40,075 bases of DNA from a virus (lineage: Duplodnaviria; Heunggongvirae; Uroviricota; Caudoviricetes): positions 1 through 40,075 of IMG/VR virus record IMGVR_UViG_3300014208_000030, one strand, 5' to 3'. The notes beneath the pieces were generated by a model. It saw only the letters and a program-made list of their open reading frames with translations, was not told the DNA's origin and made no database searches. Shown in pieces: positions 28,357 through 36,075 of the stretch (its first letter is position 1; every line of letters begins with the position of its first letter). The position numbers and the translations under genes are program-made.

Positions 28357-29091
28357 ATCGCAACGAACCCTTACGTTAACAACGCCGGTCGCGGCATAGG
28401 TGCTCGGAGCGAGCAAAATCTTATTCGCAACCTTCTGGAAGAGGCCATCCAATTCACCGGTATGGATGTGAAATATATTCCCCGTCGAGCTACCATCGAC
28501 CCACTGTTCGGTGAAGACAACACCAGCTATTTCGATCAGTTTGTCACCATCGAAATGTACTTCGAAAGTAAGGAATCGTTTGGTGGTGCGGATGACTTTA
28601 TGTCCAAGTTGGGTTTGCGAACTACCGAAGAAGCAGTTTTTCGGGTTGCGAAACGTCGCTGGGAAGAGCTGATCGGCAGCACAGGTATTACCCAAAACAG
28701 CATTCGCCCGAACGAAGGCGATCTCTTATGGGTACCGTTCGACCAGAATTTATTTGAAATTAGGAAAGTATCACTCAAGGACCCTTTCTATCAGTTGAAT
28801 GATTTCTACTCATATACCCTAACATGCTCACTCTTCCAATATGGTTCGGAATCAATTACTGCAGACATACCAGAAATGCAAGACCAGCTCCCAACATCAC
28901 TGGATAATTTGCTCTATCCTTCTATTGTTGGCGTTGGCGAAAATCTTACAATTGATCCGACTACGCAGGAACTCGCAACTGCTGGTATCACTACAGTGGA
29001 TTACAATACGGCCAATAAAGATATCCATACTGATGCCGCGGCAATACAGAGCTTCTCTGAAAGTAACCCGTTTGGGCTTAGTGGTCAGTAA
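28357..29091 (+). CDS. gp14: Neck protein gp14 (homology extends 35 codons upstream of the ATG at 28462 to an ATC codon)
   Basis: (I/M)ATNPY...SEQNLI..L.EEAIQ..GMDVKYIPR, D.LFGED, RPNEGDL, FEI..V....PFYQL, FSESNPFG. Confidence 0.9.
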   Translation: MATNPYVNNAGRGIGARSEQNLIRNLLEEAIQFTGMDVKYIPRRATIDPLFGEDNTSYFDQFVTIEMYFESKESFGGADDFMSKLGLRTTEEAVFRVAKRRWEELIGSTGITQNSIRPNEGDLLWVPFDQNLFEIRKVSLKDPFYQLNDFYSYTLTCSLFQYGSESITADIPEMQDQLPTSLDNLLYPSIVGVGENLTIDPTTQELATAGITTVDYNTANKDIHTDAAAIQSFSESNPFGLSGQ

Positions 29092-29099
29092 CATAAATA
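29092..29099 (+). promoter_or_regulatory. Late promoter variant CATAAATA
   Basis: Immediately after the gp14 stop, 24 nt before the next ATG. Confidence 0.55.
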
Positions 29100-29123
29100 G
29101 TTAACATATTACGAGGAAATTTA

Positions 29124-29387
29124 ATGAAATCATTTAAAGAACTACAAGAAGGATTTGGCAAAGCCGCCCTAGCAGCACGCCTAAAGACCAAAGGATTTGG
29201 TACCGACGAGCGCGAATCTGATTTGGTGAAGCAGAAAGAAGAAATGGATGCTCGACACGGTAAGGCCGATGCCGAAATGGCAGAGCGCGATAAAGCATGG
29301 AAAGCAAAGTACGGCACTAAGAAAACAAAAGAGGTTGCTGAAGCTGCCGTGGAAGATACGGTACCTGAAGATACTAAAGAGGATTAA
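29124..29387 (+). CDS. Small charged protein, candidate internal head protein
   Basis: GAGGA RBS; N-terminus MKSFKELQE resembles T4 capsid-targeting leaders; K/E-rich. Confidence 0.55.
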   Translation: MKSFKELQEGFGKAALAARLKTKGFGTDERESDLVKQKEEMDARHGKADAEMAERDKAWKAKYGTKKTKEVAEAAVEDTVPEDTKED

Positions 29388-29389
29388 TT

Positions 29390-30145
29390 GTGTTCAACAC
29401 AACATTCAGTCATGGCACCATACGAAATACGGTTGTTGCATTTGGTAATTTATTCAATGGGCTAAAAATCCGGAGATATAATCCAAATGGCAGCACTCTG
29501 GCTGAAATTGATGTGCCGCTGGCCTACTCGGCGAGAGAAAAGTGGGTGACCGCACTGACTGGCAACCCAGACTTGATGAAATCAACCTCAATCACATTGC
29601 CAAGGATGGCATTTGAGATTTTGGGATATACCTACGATACGACTCGCAAGCTGAACAGCATGAACAAAATATCGACTCCAATAACGGCTACCAGCACTAA
29701 AGCAATGGCTTATGCACCGGTGCCCTATAATGTTGATTTTGGGCTGTATGTTGCATCTAAAACCATAGAAGATGGTCTGCAAATGTTGGAGCAAATTCTC
29801 CCACATTTTGCTCCCCACTATAATATGACGGTCAACACTATGCCGCTGCTCGGTTTGGTTGAGGATATTCCTGTGGTACTAAACACTACAGATAATCAAG
29901 ACAACTATATGTCCGAGTGGGTGGATGAAAGGTTGATCGTCTATACCTTGCGTTTTACCGCAAAGATTAATCTCTATGGGTCAGTAACTAATACCGGTGT
30001 TATCAAGAAACTGGATGTGAACGTGCATACCAACATTCAAGGTGCTGCGGTATCTACTGGCGAGAAATATCACGCTCAGGTTAACCCACTCACTGCCAAT
30101 AAGACTGATGTACATACCATCGATGAGTTGTGGAGTAATATATAG
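29390..30145 (+). CDS. gp15: Tail sheath stabilizer/completion protein gp15
   Basis: F.H.TIR..VVAFG.LFN, VPLAY..REK, ITLPRMAFE..G..YD..RKLN, PVPYN..F.L, QMLEQILP.F.P. Confidence 0.93.
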   Translation: MFNTTFSHGTIRNTVVAFGNLFNGLKIRRYNPNGSTLAEIDVPLAYSAREKWVTALTGNPDLMKSTSITLPRMAFEILGYTYDTTRKLNSMNKISTPITATSTKAMAYAPVPYNVDFGLYVASKTIEDGLQMLEQILPHFAPHYNMTVNTMPLLGLVEDIPVVLNTTDNQDNYMSEWVDERLIVYTLRFTAKINLYGSVTNTGVIKKLDVNVHTNIQGAAVSTGEKYHAQVNPLTANKTDVHTIDELWSNI

Positions 30146-30669
30146 TGCGGAAGGTTGGGATCGATTATAGCTTAAGCTGTCCCGCAATCTGCATCCGAGA
30201 TGATGGCAAATTTGCTCTCCACTACCTTATTGATAAGAAGAAGTGGCTGGGCAAATTCCCAACCGGTGACGAGCGGTTTACCATCGAAGGCCATGCGCAG
30301 AAATACTACGTAAACAGCGAAGACAGATTCGATAATATTTCAAATTGGGTAATGAGCCTGCTCAAACCAACCGACGAAATTAACATCGAAGGGTATGCCT
30401 TTGCCGCAGCCGGTTTGGTGTTCCAGATTGCCGAGAACTGTGGGATGTTGAAACATAAGCTGTTCAAGAATGGGAACACCTACCACATCACCCCGCCAAG
30501 TGCTGCCAAAAAAGCAGCAACCGGCAAGGGGAATGCGAATAAGGATTTGATGTGTGCTGCATTTGTGGAACAGACTGGGTTCGACATATTTGCTGCTATG
30601 AATACAGTGCGAAATAACAGCCCAATCAATGATATGGTTGATGCTTATTTCTTAGCCAATCTGATTTAG
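30145..30669 (+). CDS. RuvC-like (RNase H fold) Holliday junction resolvase/nuclease
   Basis: VGIDYSLSCPAIC, IEGYAF, KK.ATGKGNANK, DMVDAY acidic catalytic pattern. Confidence 0.75.
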   Translation: MRKVGIDYSLSCPAICIRDDGKFALHYLIDKKKWLGKFPTGDERFTIEGHAQKYYVNSEDRFDNISNWVMSLLKPTDEINIEGYAFAAAGLVFQIAENCGMLKHKLFKNGNTYHITPPSAAKKAATGKGNANKDLMCAAFVEQTGFDIFAAMNTVRNNSPINDMVDAYFLANLI

Positions 30670-31212
30670 TTCTCGGTACCAGATGTTGAAGTTTGGTGCT
30701 GGGGTGACCATCCCATTTGATGAATCGAAATCGCCAGCACTTTTCTGGACGCATCGATCGAGGAATCTGTCCTTGGTCATGCCGCCCATAATATAGGCGC
30801 ATTCATATTCTCCGGATTCTTTGTCGTAGGCAAGATTAACGAACACATAGGTATCCACAGCTTTATTGGCTATCTCTTCTCTGGAACTGGCCTGTACCGA
30901 TCCCTCGAATGAGGTGACCATCTGATTAACATTCCATGTATCGCGTCGCTTTGTTTTGACATCGATTCTGACAATGCTACCTAAGCCAATGACTAGCAGA
31001 TCATTGTCATAGTCTTCTTTGGGTGAGAACTCGACTGTCCTCCCGCACTCTTCCAGATACTGCTTCACAACAACTTCACCAAGAGCCCCATCAAGCTGCC
31101 ACTCACCGTCCATGTAGGATTTCGAGTTTGGCGCAAAGGTACCCAGTGCTTTGGCGGCCCTCAGCGTTGATGGTAAAATTGGCATAGCAATTACGTCTTC
31201 TGGTCGTATCAT
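30652..31212 (-). CDS. PD-(D/E)XK restriction-endonuclease-like protein (likely start MIRPED)
   Basis: GALGEVVV..YL, DYDNDLL, RIDVKTKR; ATG overlaps the MTase TGA (ATGA). Confidence 0.6.
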   Translation of the reverse strand: MIRPEDVIAMPILPSTLRAAKALGTFAPNSKSYMDGEWQLDGALGEVVVKQYLEECGRTVEFSPKEDYDNDLLVIGLGSIVRIDVKTKRRDTWNVNQMVTSFEGSVQASSREEIANKAVDTYVFVNLAYDKESGEYECAYIMGGMTKDRFLDRCVQKSAGDFDSSNGMVTPAPNFNIWYRELNQIG

Positions 31213-32306
31213 AGTTTTTTCCATATCCAAATTGGTTCGCAAAAAATACCTTTACCTTCGGCATTGCTGTTTGGTCGTTTAGGGAATCGTAATCCCATTC
31301 CGCCAACATATTCATAGCCTAGTGTCGATATCTTCCCGTTCATGTTGTCGCATATCTTATTGATCGTATGGTTACAGTACACATCAGATATGTTCAGAAT
31401 TAAATGCCCACCGGACTTGAGTGTTGGTGTCGCATTTTCGATTGTCTTATATAAGAAATGCTCTAACCAGTTCTCCAGCTTCTTATATCGCTGCCATGAC
31501 TGATCTGCCTCTGCCGTATATCGCTCAACAATGAAATACGGTGGTGAGGTGAAAATAGTATCGAACCGGTTCTCCATTCCACCAAAATCAAACTCTTCTG
31601 CTGGACACTGGATCACTTCAGATGACTTGCCAGTGTTGTACAGTTTGCGCTGTTCATCGTAGCCTTTCTGTAGTCGGGCATTCGGATCAATGCCCAAATA
31701 GGATTCTGTGCCTCTGGCTGCGTGGAAGCCTGCCAGCCTATCTCCCCAACCAGCAGAGAAATCCAGCACATGCTTTGCGCCAAAGTATTCGTAGATGGCC
31801 TTGGCGGCAGATGGGCGAAACTGCGAGGCAATATATTTTCTGAGACCGATACAACTCCTCAATGTATTTGAGTTAACTTCTTTATGCTTCAGGCTCCAGA
31901 GTGCACCGAGCAAACTTGTCCGGAACTTCTTGATATGCCAGCATCGATATGGGCTCGGTGAGTTGATAGAATCGCACAGCCACCGGCTATATTGATGAAA
32001 GTAATCAGATGCTTTTCCGCCAACAGCAGAGATATCGATATACTTATCAATATAGCCAAATTCATAGGGATAGCGGCTATAAAACTCGCCAGCCCTGACC
32101 AATGTACTACTATTTTGATTACGCAGCGCAAAGAAGTCATCTAGAGCCTCCCGCTCGGTAATCTCGCGCATTGGCATTGGTAGATTATGCTCATCGATCA
32201 GGTCGGACAATAGTTCAATAATGTCTTCCTTAGTCCTTGTTATTTTTAAATAAGACCAATCTTGCTCCGAAATCTTTAGTTCGCCATCTCTGACATACTT
32301 ATGCAT
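31209..32306 (-). CDS. SAM-dependent amino-DNA methyltransferase (N4-C or N6-A type; likely start MHKYVR)
   Basis: Motif I VLDFSAGWGDRL, YLGIDPN, motif IV FTSPPYF. Confidence 0.85.
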   Translation of the reverse strand: MHKYVRDGELKISEQDWSYLKITRTKEDIIELLSDLIDEHNLPMPMREITEREALDDFFALRNQNSSTLVRAGEFYSRYPYEFGYIDKYIDISAVGGKASDYFHQYSRWLCDSINSPSPYRCWHIKKFRTSLLGALWSLKHKEVNSNTLRSCIGLRKYIASQFRPSAAKAIYEYFGAKHVLDFSAGWGDRLAGFHAARGTESYLGIDPNARLQKGYDEQRKLYNTGKSSEVIQCPAEEFDFGGMENRFDTIFTSPPYFIVERYTAEADQSWQRYKKLENWLEHFLYKTIENATPTLKSGGHLILNISDVYCNHTINKICDNMNGKISTLGYEYVGGMGLRFPKRPNSNAEGKGIFCEPIWIWKKL

Positions 32307-32562
32307 TCGATTCAGCTTTTTTAGCTGCTGTCGCACATTTGCAATGACGGGCACCGAATGTTGTGCACTTATTTTTGGTAGCGCACATTCCCATCAGTCT
32401 ATTGAAATGCTCTTCTGGTACTGAGTACATGGCTCCACTCTTGTTTGCCGATTTTGTGCCGCCAACTTGCAATAATCGCAGTAGCTGCGCTTCTGGCACT
32501 GAGTATATTCGCTCTTCTGTATACGGTGTATCTTCCGCCATTATAATTTCTGGTGTGCTCAT
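32299..32562 (-). CDS. Hypothetical protein with duplicated YSVPE helix and C-terminal Cys cluster
   Basis: Overlaps both neighbours; IYSVPEAQLLRLL / MYSVPEEHFNRLM repeat. Confidence 0.6.
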   Translation of the reverse strand: MSTPEIIMAEDTPYTEERIYSVPEAQLLRLLQVGGTKSANKSGAMYSVPEEHFNRLMGMCATKNKCTTFGARHCKCATAAKKAESNA

Positions 32563-33371
32563 ATCATTTTCTCGCTCAATCGTTTAATGGCTTTACGCTC
32601 AATTTGTTGCACTCGCTGAAACGAAATGCCATATTTCTCGCCTAAGTCGGCAAGCGATACGGGCTCTTCGCAATACCGTGCTGCTAGTATGTCTTGCCAT
32701 CTTTGATCTAGCTTGGCTATTTCTGTGCGTAGTTTGATCGCTAGCTTCTCCTGTGCTTCTAGCTCAATCCATGCTTCAGTTAGATCAGAGTTAGCGGGAA
32801 TTGTGGCTATGTAGGATTCGTCAAATCCATCGCCAGCATTACTATCTGGTTGATCGGTGACCATCTGGATAGTTTTCATTGCGGCAAGATCAGCCCTGAC
32901 GACAGATGGGTCGACATTATATTGCTCCGCTATCTGCGATATCTTTGCCTCCGGATTGCTGTCGTGCATCAGGTAAAAGAGTTTTCTCTTCATTTTGCTA
33001 GTGCCTAGCTTAAATAAGTACTTGTTTTTCATCACATAATCCATGATGTAGTGCCTAACCTGATAGACAGCAAACGACACCAGCGATACGCCAGCGTATG
33101 GGTTATAATTTTTTACCGCATACATGACCCCAATGTTGCCTTCCTGAATCAGATCATTCAGGGAAACCCCATAATATGTGTATTTTTTCGCTGTCCATAC
33201 TACAAATCGCAGACAGGACTCAACCAATTTCTTCGCTGAGTTAATGTTACCGGTGGTGTAGTAGTCGACTGCCAGCTCCTGAAGCTGCGGCTGCGTTAGC
33301 TTCGGTAGTTTCTTTATACTGCTCATGTACCATTCGATATCACCATCTACAGTCTGTGCTCTTAAACTCAT
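32559..33371 (-). CDS. Sigma70-family sigma factor, RpoH (sigma32)-like
   Basis: Region 2 LVESCLRFVV..AKKY..YG....DLIQEGNIGVM.AV..YNP..GVSLVSFAV; RpoH-box-like KLGTSKMKRKLFY; region 4 SLADLGEKYGISFQRVQQIERKAIKRL. Confidence 0.85.
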   Translation of the reverse strand: MSLRAQTVDGDIEWYMSSIKKLPKLTQPQLQELAVDYYTTGNINSAKKLVESCLRFVVWTAKKYTYYGVSLNDLIQEGNIGVMYAVKNYNPYAGVSLVSFAVYQVRHYIMDYVMKNKYLFKLGTSKMKRKLFYLMHDSNPEAKISQIAEQYNVDPSVVRADLAAMKTIQMVTDQPDSNAGDGFDESYIATIPANSDLTEAWIELEAQEKLAIKLRTEIAKLDQRWQDILAARYCEEPVSLADLGEKYGISFQRVQQIERKAIKRLSEKMI

Positions 33372-33437
33372 ATTGTCTCAACTTCTCCCATAGAACCCGC
33401 CATAATTATTGTCCTAGTATTTGTTGGTTGGTCATAC

Positions 33438-33466
33438 AATATAGCACGACCAACCAAATTAGTAAA
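33438..33466 (-). promoter_or_regulatory. Sigma70-type promoter TTTACT-17-TATATT (extended TG) for the sigma/MTase operon
   Basis: Read on the minus strand; the -10 is flanked by the inverted repeat TTGGTTGGTC/GACCAACCAA (33424-33457). Confidence 0.6.
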
Positions 33467-33469
33467 ATG

Positions 33470-34402
33470 TTATTTGCTAGCTGCCTTCGCCGGTCTGCCA
33501 CGCTTCTTTGTGCCATCTTGGTTTGGTGCCAGCTTTGCCAGCCTAGCAGCTTCTTTTGCGGCGATTATGCTGCGCACATCCAGATGGTCGACACCAAACT
33601 GCTTTGCCTGTTCGAGGTCATCGAATGTTATGTGGGAAGCTGTTTTCAGCTTCTTGATAGCCTCGACATCAACAGCCACTAATGGCATATGGTATTTGGT
33701 TTCATTGGTATTACCAAACACTGTTTTAGCAACAGTGAACGACAAGTAGAACTCAGGATCATAGACTGGCTCCGGTTCCTCAAAATCGTCCGCGAGATGT
33801 AGGATACCGAGCTTCTCTGCATGCTCCGGAAATTTGAATCGAATGCGTTTGTTAACCGACAGCTTGATCAGCTCATCTTTAGTATATTGCTTCCAGTCAA
33901 TCATGCCCTGATCCAAATGTGATTGAATCACGATTGCAGCATCGATCAGATCATCTTCGGCTAACGGCGGCAGCATATCGGGGAATGCTTCGCGTACACT
34001 TGCTGCCGTGATAGCTGGGAACAAGGATGTCAAATTTCTGTCCTTAACGGCAATCAGCAATTCAGCTTCGCGAAAGTGTAGTGATTCCAAAACACTCTGG
34101 AACATCATTTCTTTGCGTTTCCGATCAATCTTCTCGAACGAATTCATGTAGATATAGAGCTTGCGAATGTTTGCAGAGATGTTGGTCTCGGCGTATCCAT
34201 ATGGCTGCTTGGTATCTGTTTTGTATGGCGGTGCACCTTCCGGTAAATCAAAGCCACCAAATGCTGGATCAAAGTTCAATCGCAATATTTCTTTCAGGGC
34301 ATAGTTCCCAGATTCTTTCTGCAGACACTCTACTACGGTAGGCGTCAGTGGGGTCTTGTTGCCACAAATAGTTTCGAGGATTTCGTATAAATTTTTGCTC
34401 AT
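33470..34402 (-). CDS. Conserved T4-like hypothetical protein (LPEG.PPY family) with C-terminal extension ending in an AT-hook-like motif
   Basis: LPEGAPPYK, RKLYIY, KEMMFQSVLESLH..EAELLIAVKD; ends KKRGRPAK. Confidence 0.65.
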   Translation of the reverse strand: MSKNLYEILETICGNKTPLTPTVVECLQKESGNYALKEILRLNFDPAFGGFDLPEGAPPYKTDTKQPYGYAETNISANIRKLYIYMNSFEKIDRKRKEMMFQSVLESLHFREAELLIAVKDRNLTSLFPAITAASVREAFPDMLPPLAEDDLIDAAIVIQSHLDQGMIDWKQYTKDELIKLSVNKRIRFKFPEHAEKLGILHLADDFEEPEPVYDPEFYLSFTVAKTVFGNTNETKYHMPLVAVDVEAIKKLKTASHITFDDLEQAKQFGVDHLDVRSIIAAKEAARLAKLAPNQDGTKKRGRPAKAASK

Positions 34403-34423
34403 TTCTTGCCTTTACTGAGAGTG

Positions 34424-34449
34424 AAGAGTGGAGCCTTGGCTCCACTCTT
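34424..34449 (-). terminator. Strong hairpin, probable terminator after the 441-aa gene
   Basis: AAGAGTGGAGC-CTTG-GCTCCACTCTT perfect 11-bp stem; the U-tract is weak. Confidence 0.6.
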
Positions 34450-34456
34450 TGAATGA

Positions 34457-35782
34457 TTAGCGAGCCAGTGGCTTACAAACCTTGTTTTTGAAATTGTTGT
34501 ACATCAATTTTACTGACTGATCAGCAAGCGGTATAGCGCTGACATCTGCAGTAACGCCATGTGGGTTATTATTGCATGTCAGATATCGCTCTGATCTTGC
34601 CAGCGCCAGCTTGCGTTTCCGGACTTCATGTTGCTCCAGCAGCTGTACGGTACCGTAATAGCATTTCTCGATAAAGATAAACGGTGCCGCAATTACTTTC
34701 ACGATACCAGCAACCAGTTTTACATGACCAACCAGTTTGTGTAGAGCAATAACACCCAATGTAATGGCGAGCGCCAGTCCCGCACATAGTGATGCTGCCA
34801 AGTATGTGAGCGTTGGTGCCAGAACCACCATAAAGACGAATTGAGTTTGTGTCAGTACTATGGCCGGTAATGCGGCGAATGCACCGTAGACCCACACACC
34901 AATAACGGAAACCAACAGCACCGGAATTCTGTGGATTAACCACAGCCCGTTTACCCAGAGCTTACCGAAGCCCATACTGCTGTATTCGGCATTGGTTGTA
35001 TAGTACGTCATCTCTCGCCTACCAAAATCGCCAGCCCAGTAGGTTAGTGGGTGCACCATCATGCTCGCCGGAATATCCTTGAACCCAGCAAATGCCAACA
35101 TCAAGTACCAGATCACCATACTAGTGAATCGCAAGACCGCTTCCACGAGAATGAATGGTGCCTTTAATGGGAATAGCATCATCTGGCGACGTAGCGCACA
35201 CTGATCGACTAACTTACCATTACCATACCGGTTGATCAGATTCATGATCCATGCTGGCGGCTTCTTACCAAACACTTCCGCGGGAATTTGCAGTTTGTAG
35301 TCGAGTGCCTTTGCAATAAAGTCGATTTGCACATCTCTGTCTAGCGAGCGCGACCAGCCACTAACATAAAGTCGAGTGTCCAAATTATCCAGTCTGTAGT
35401 CGTAGCTATCGCGGCGATCCAGTAATGCGCGAGCATAACATTTTGTTTCGCCTTCGGTTATGCCAACCAAAAATGCACTTACGTTAACGGCACCGGCACG
35501 AGACAATGGAATGTAGGCAATAAACTGATCCAGCGAAAACAGATGTCGGTCTGTATGTGCCACATATGGCTCAGCTCCTTTTACGTAATTCGAGAGATAC
35601 TCGACCTGAATCAGTACTTGTGGGTTGATGTAGTCACTTTCGTTAATTGCATCCAGCAATGGTTTGGTCAGACACCATCTTACCGGAATAGATGCATTAT
35701 CAATGCTGCCATCTTTTTTGCCGATGACCAAATCCATCGCCATGTTTGCCGCAGCAGGTTTTTCTTTTTTAGCTCGTGCCAT
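34457..35782 (-). CDS. Hypothetical membrane protein
   Basis: 441 aa; soluble N-terminal half and several hydrophobic segments in the C-terminal half; has its own promoter. Confidence 0.7.
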   Translation of the reverse strand: MARAKKEKPAAANMAMDLVIGKKDGSIDNASIPVRWCLTKPLLDAINESDYINPQVLIQVEYLSNYVKGAEPYVAHTDRHLFSLDQFIAYIPLSRAGAVNVSAFLVGITEGETKCYARALLDRRDSYDYRLDNLDTRLYVSGWSRSLDRDVQIDFIAKALDYKLQIPAEVFGKKPPAWIMNLINRYGNGKLVDQCALRRQMMLFPLKAPFILVEAVLRFTSMVIWYLMLAFAGFKDIPASMMVHPLTYWAGDFGRREMTYYTTNAEYSSMGFGKLWVNGLWLIHRIPVLLVSVIGVWVYGAFAALPAIVLTQTQFVFMVVLAPTLTYLAASLCAGLALAITLGVIALHKLVGHVKLVAGIVKVIAAPFIFIEKCYYGTVQLLEQHEVRKRKLALARSERYLTCNNNPHGVTADVSAIPLADQSVKLMYNNFKNKVCKPLAR

Positions 35783-35833
35783 AATATATGTCTCTAGTGG
35801 TTAAAGTTGTTATTTCTTAAAAGTACGAGGCGA

Positions 35834-35862
35834 ATTATAATATGCAAATCGCCTCATGTCAA
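35834..35862 (-). promoter_or_regulatory. Consensus sigma70 early promoter TTGACA-17-TATAAT
   Basis: Perfect consensus on the minus strand, about 50 nt upstream of 35782. Confidence 0.9.
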
Positions 35863-35865
35863 GTT

Positions 35866-36075
35866 TTATGTGAGCATTTCGTATAATTCTACCAGTATCG
35901 ATTTGTCTTCTGCTCGCATGTTACGATATGCAATTGCATCGGCCATTCCAGTTTTTGCGAATATTGCGTTGCACTCAAGTTCTGTATCGGCATCCCACTC
36001 GGCAAGCGCCATTGCCAACTTATTCAGTGACTCGTTGTCGGTTTCTTTTATTTTTGCCATATCAGAACTCATCAA
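35866..36075 (-). CDS. Small acidic hypothetical protein
   Basis: Overlaps the rnh stop and fills the gap to the promoter. Confidence 0.6.
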   Translation of the reverse strand: MMSSDMAKIKETDNESLNKLAMALAEWDADTELECNAIFAKTGMADAIAYRNMRAEDKSILVELYEMLT

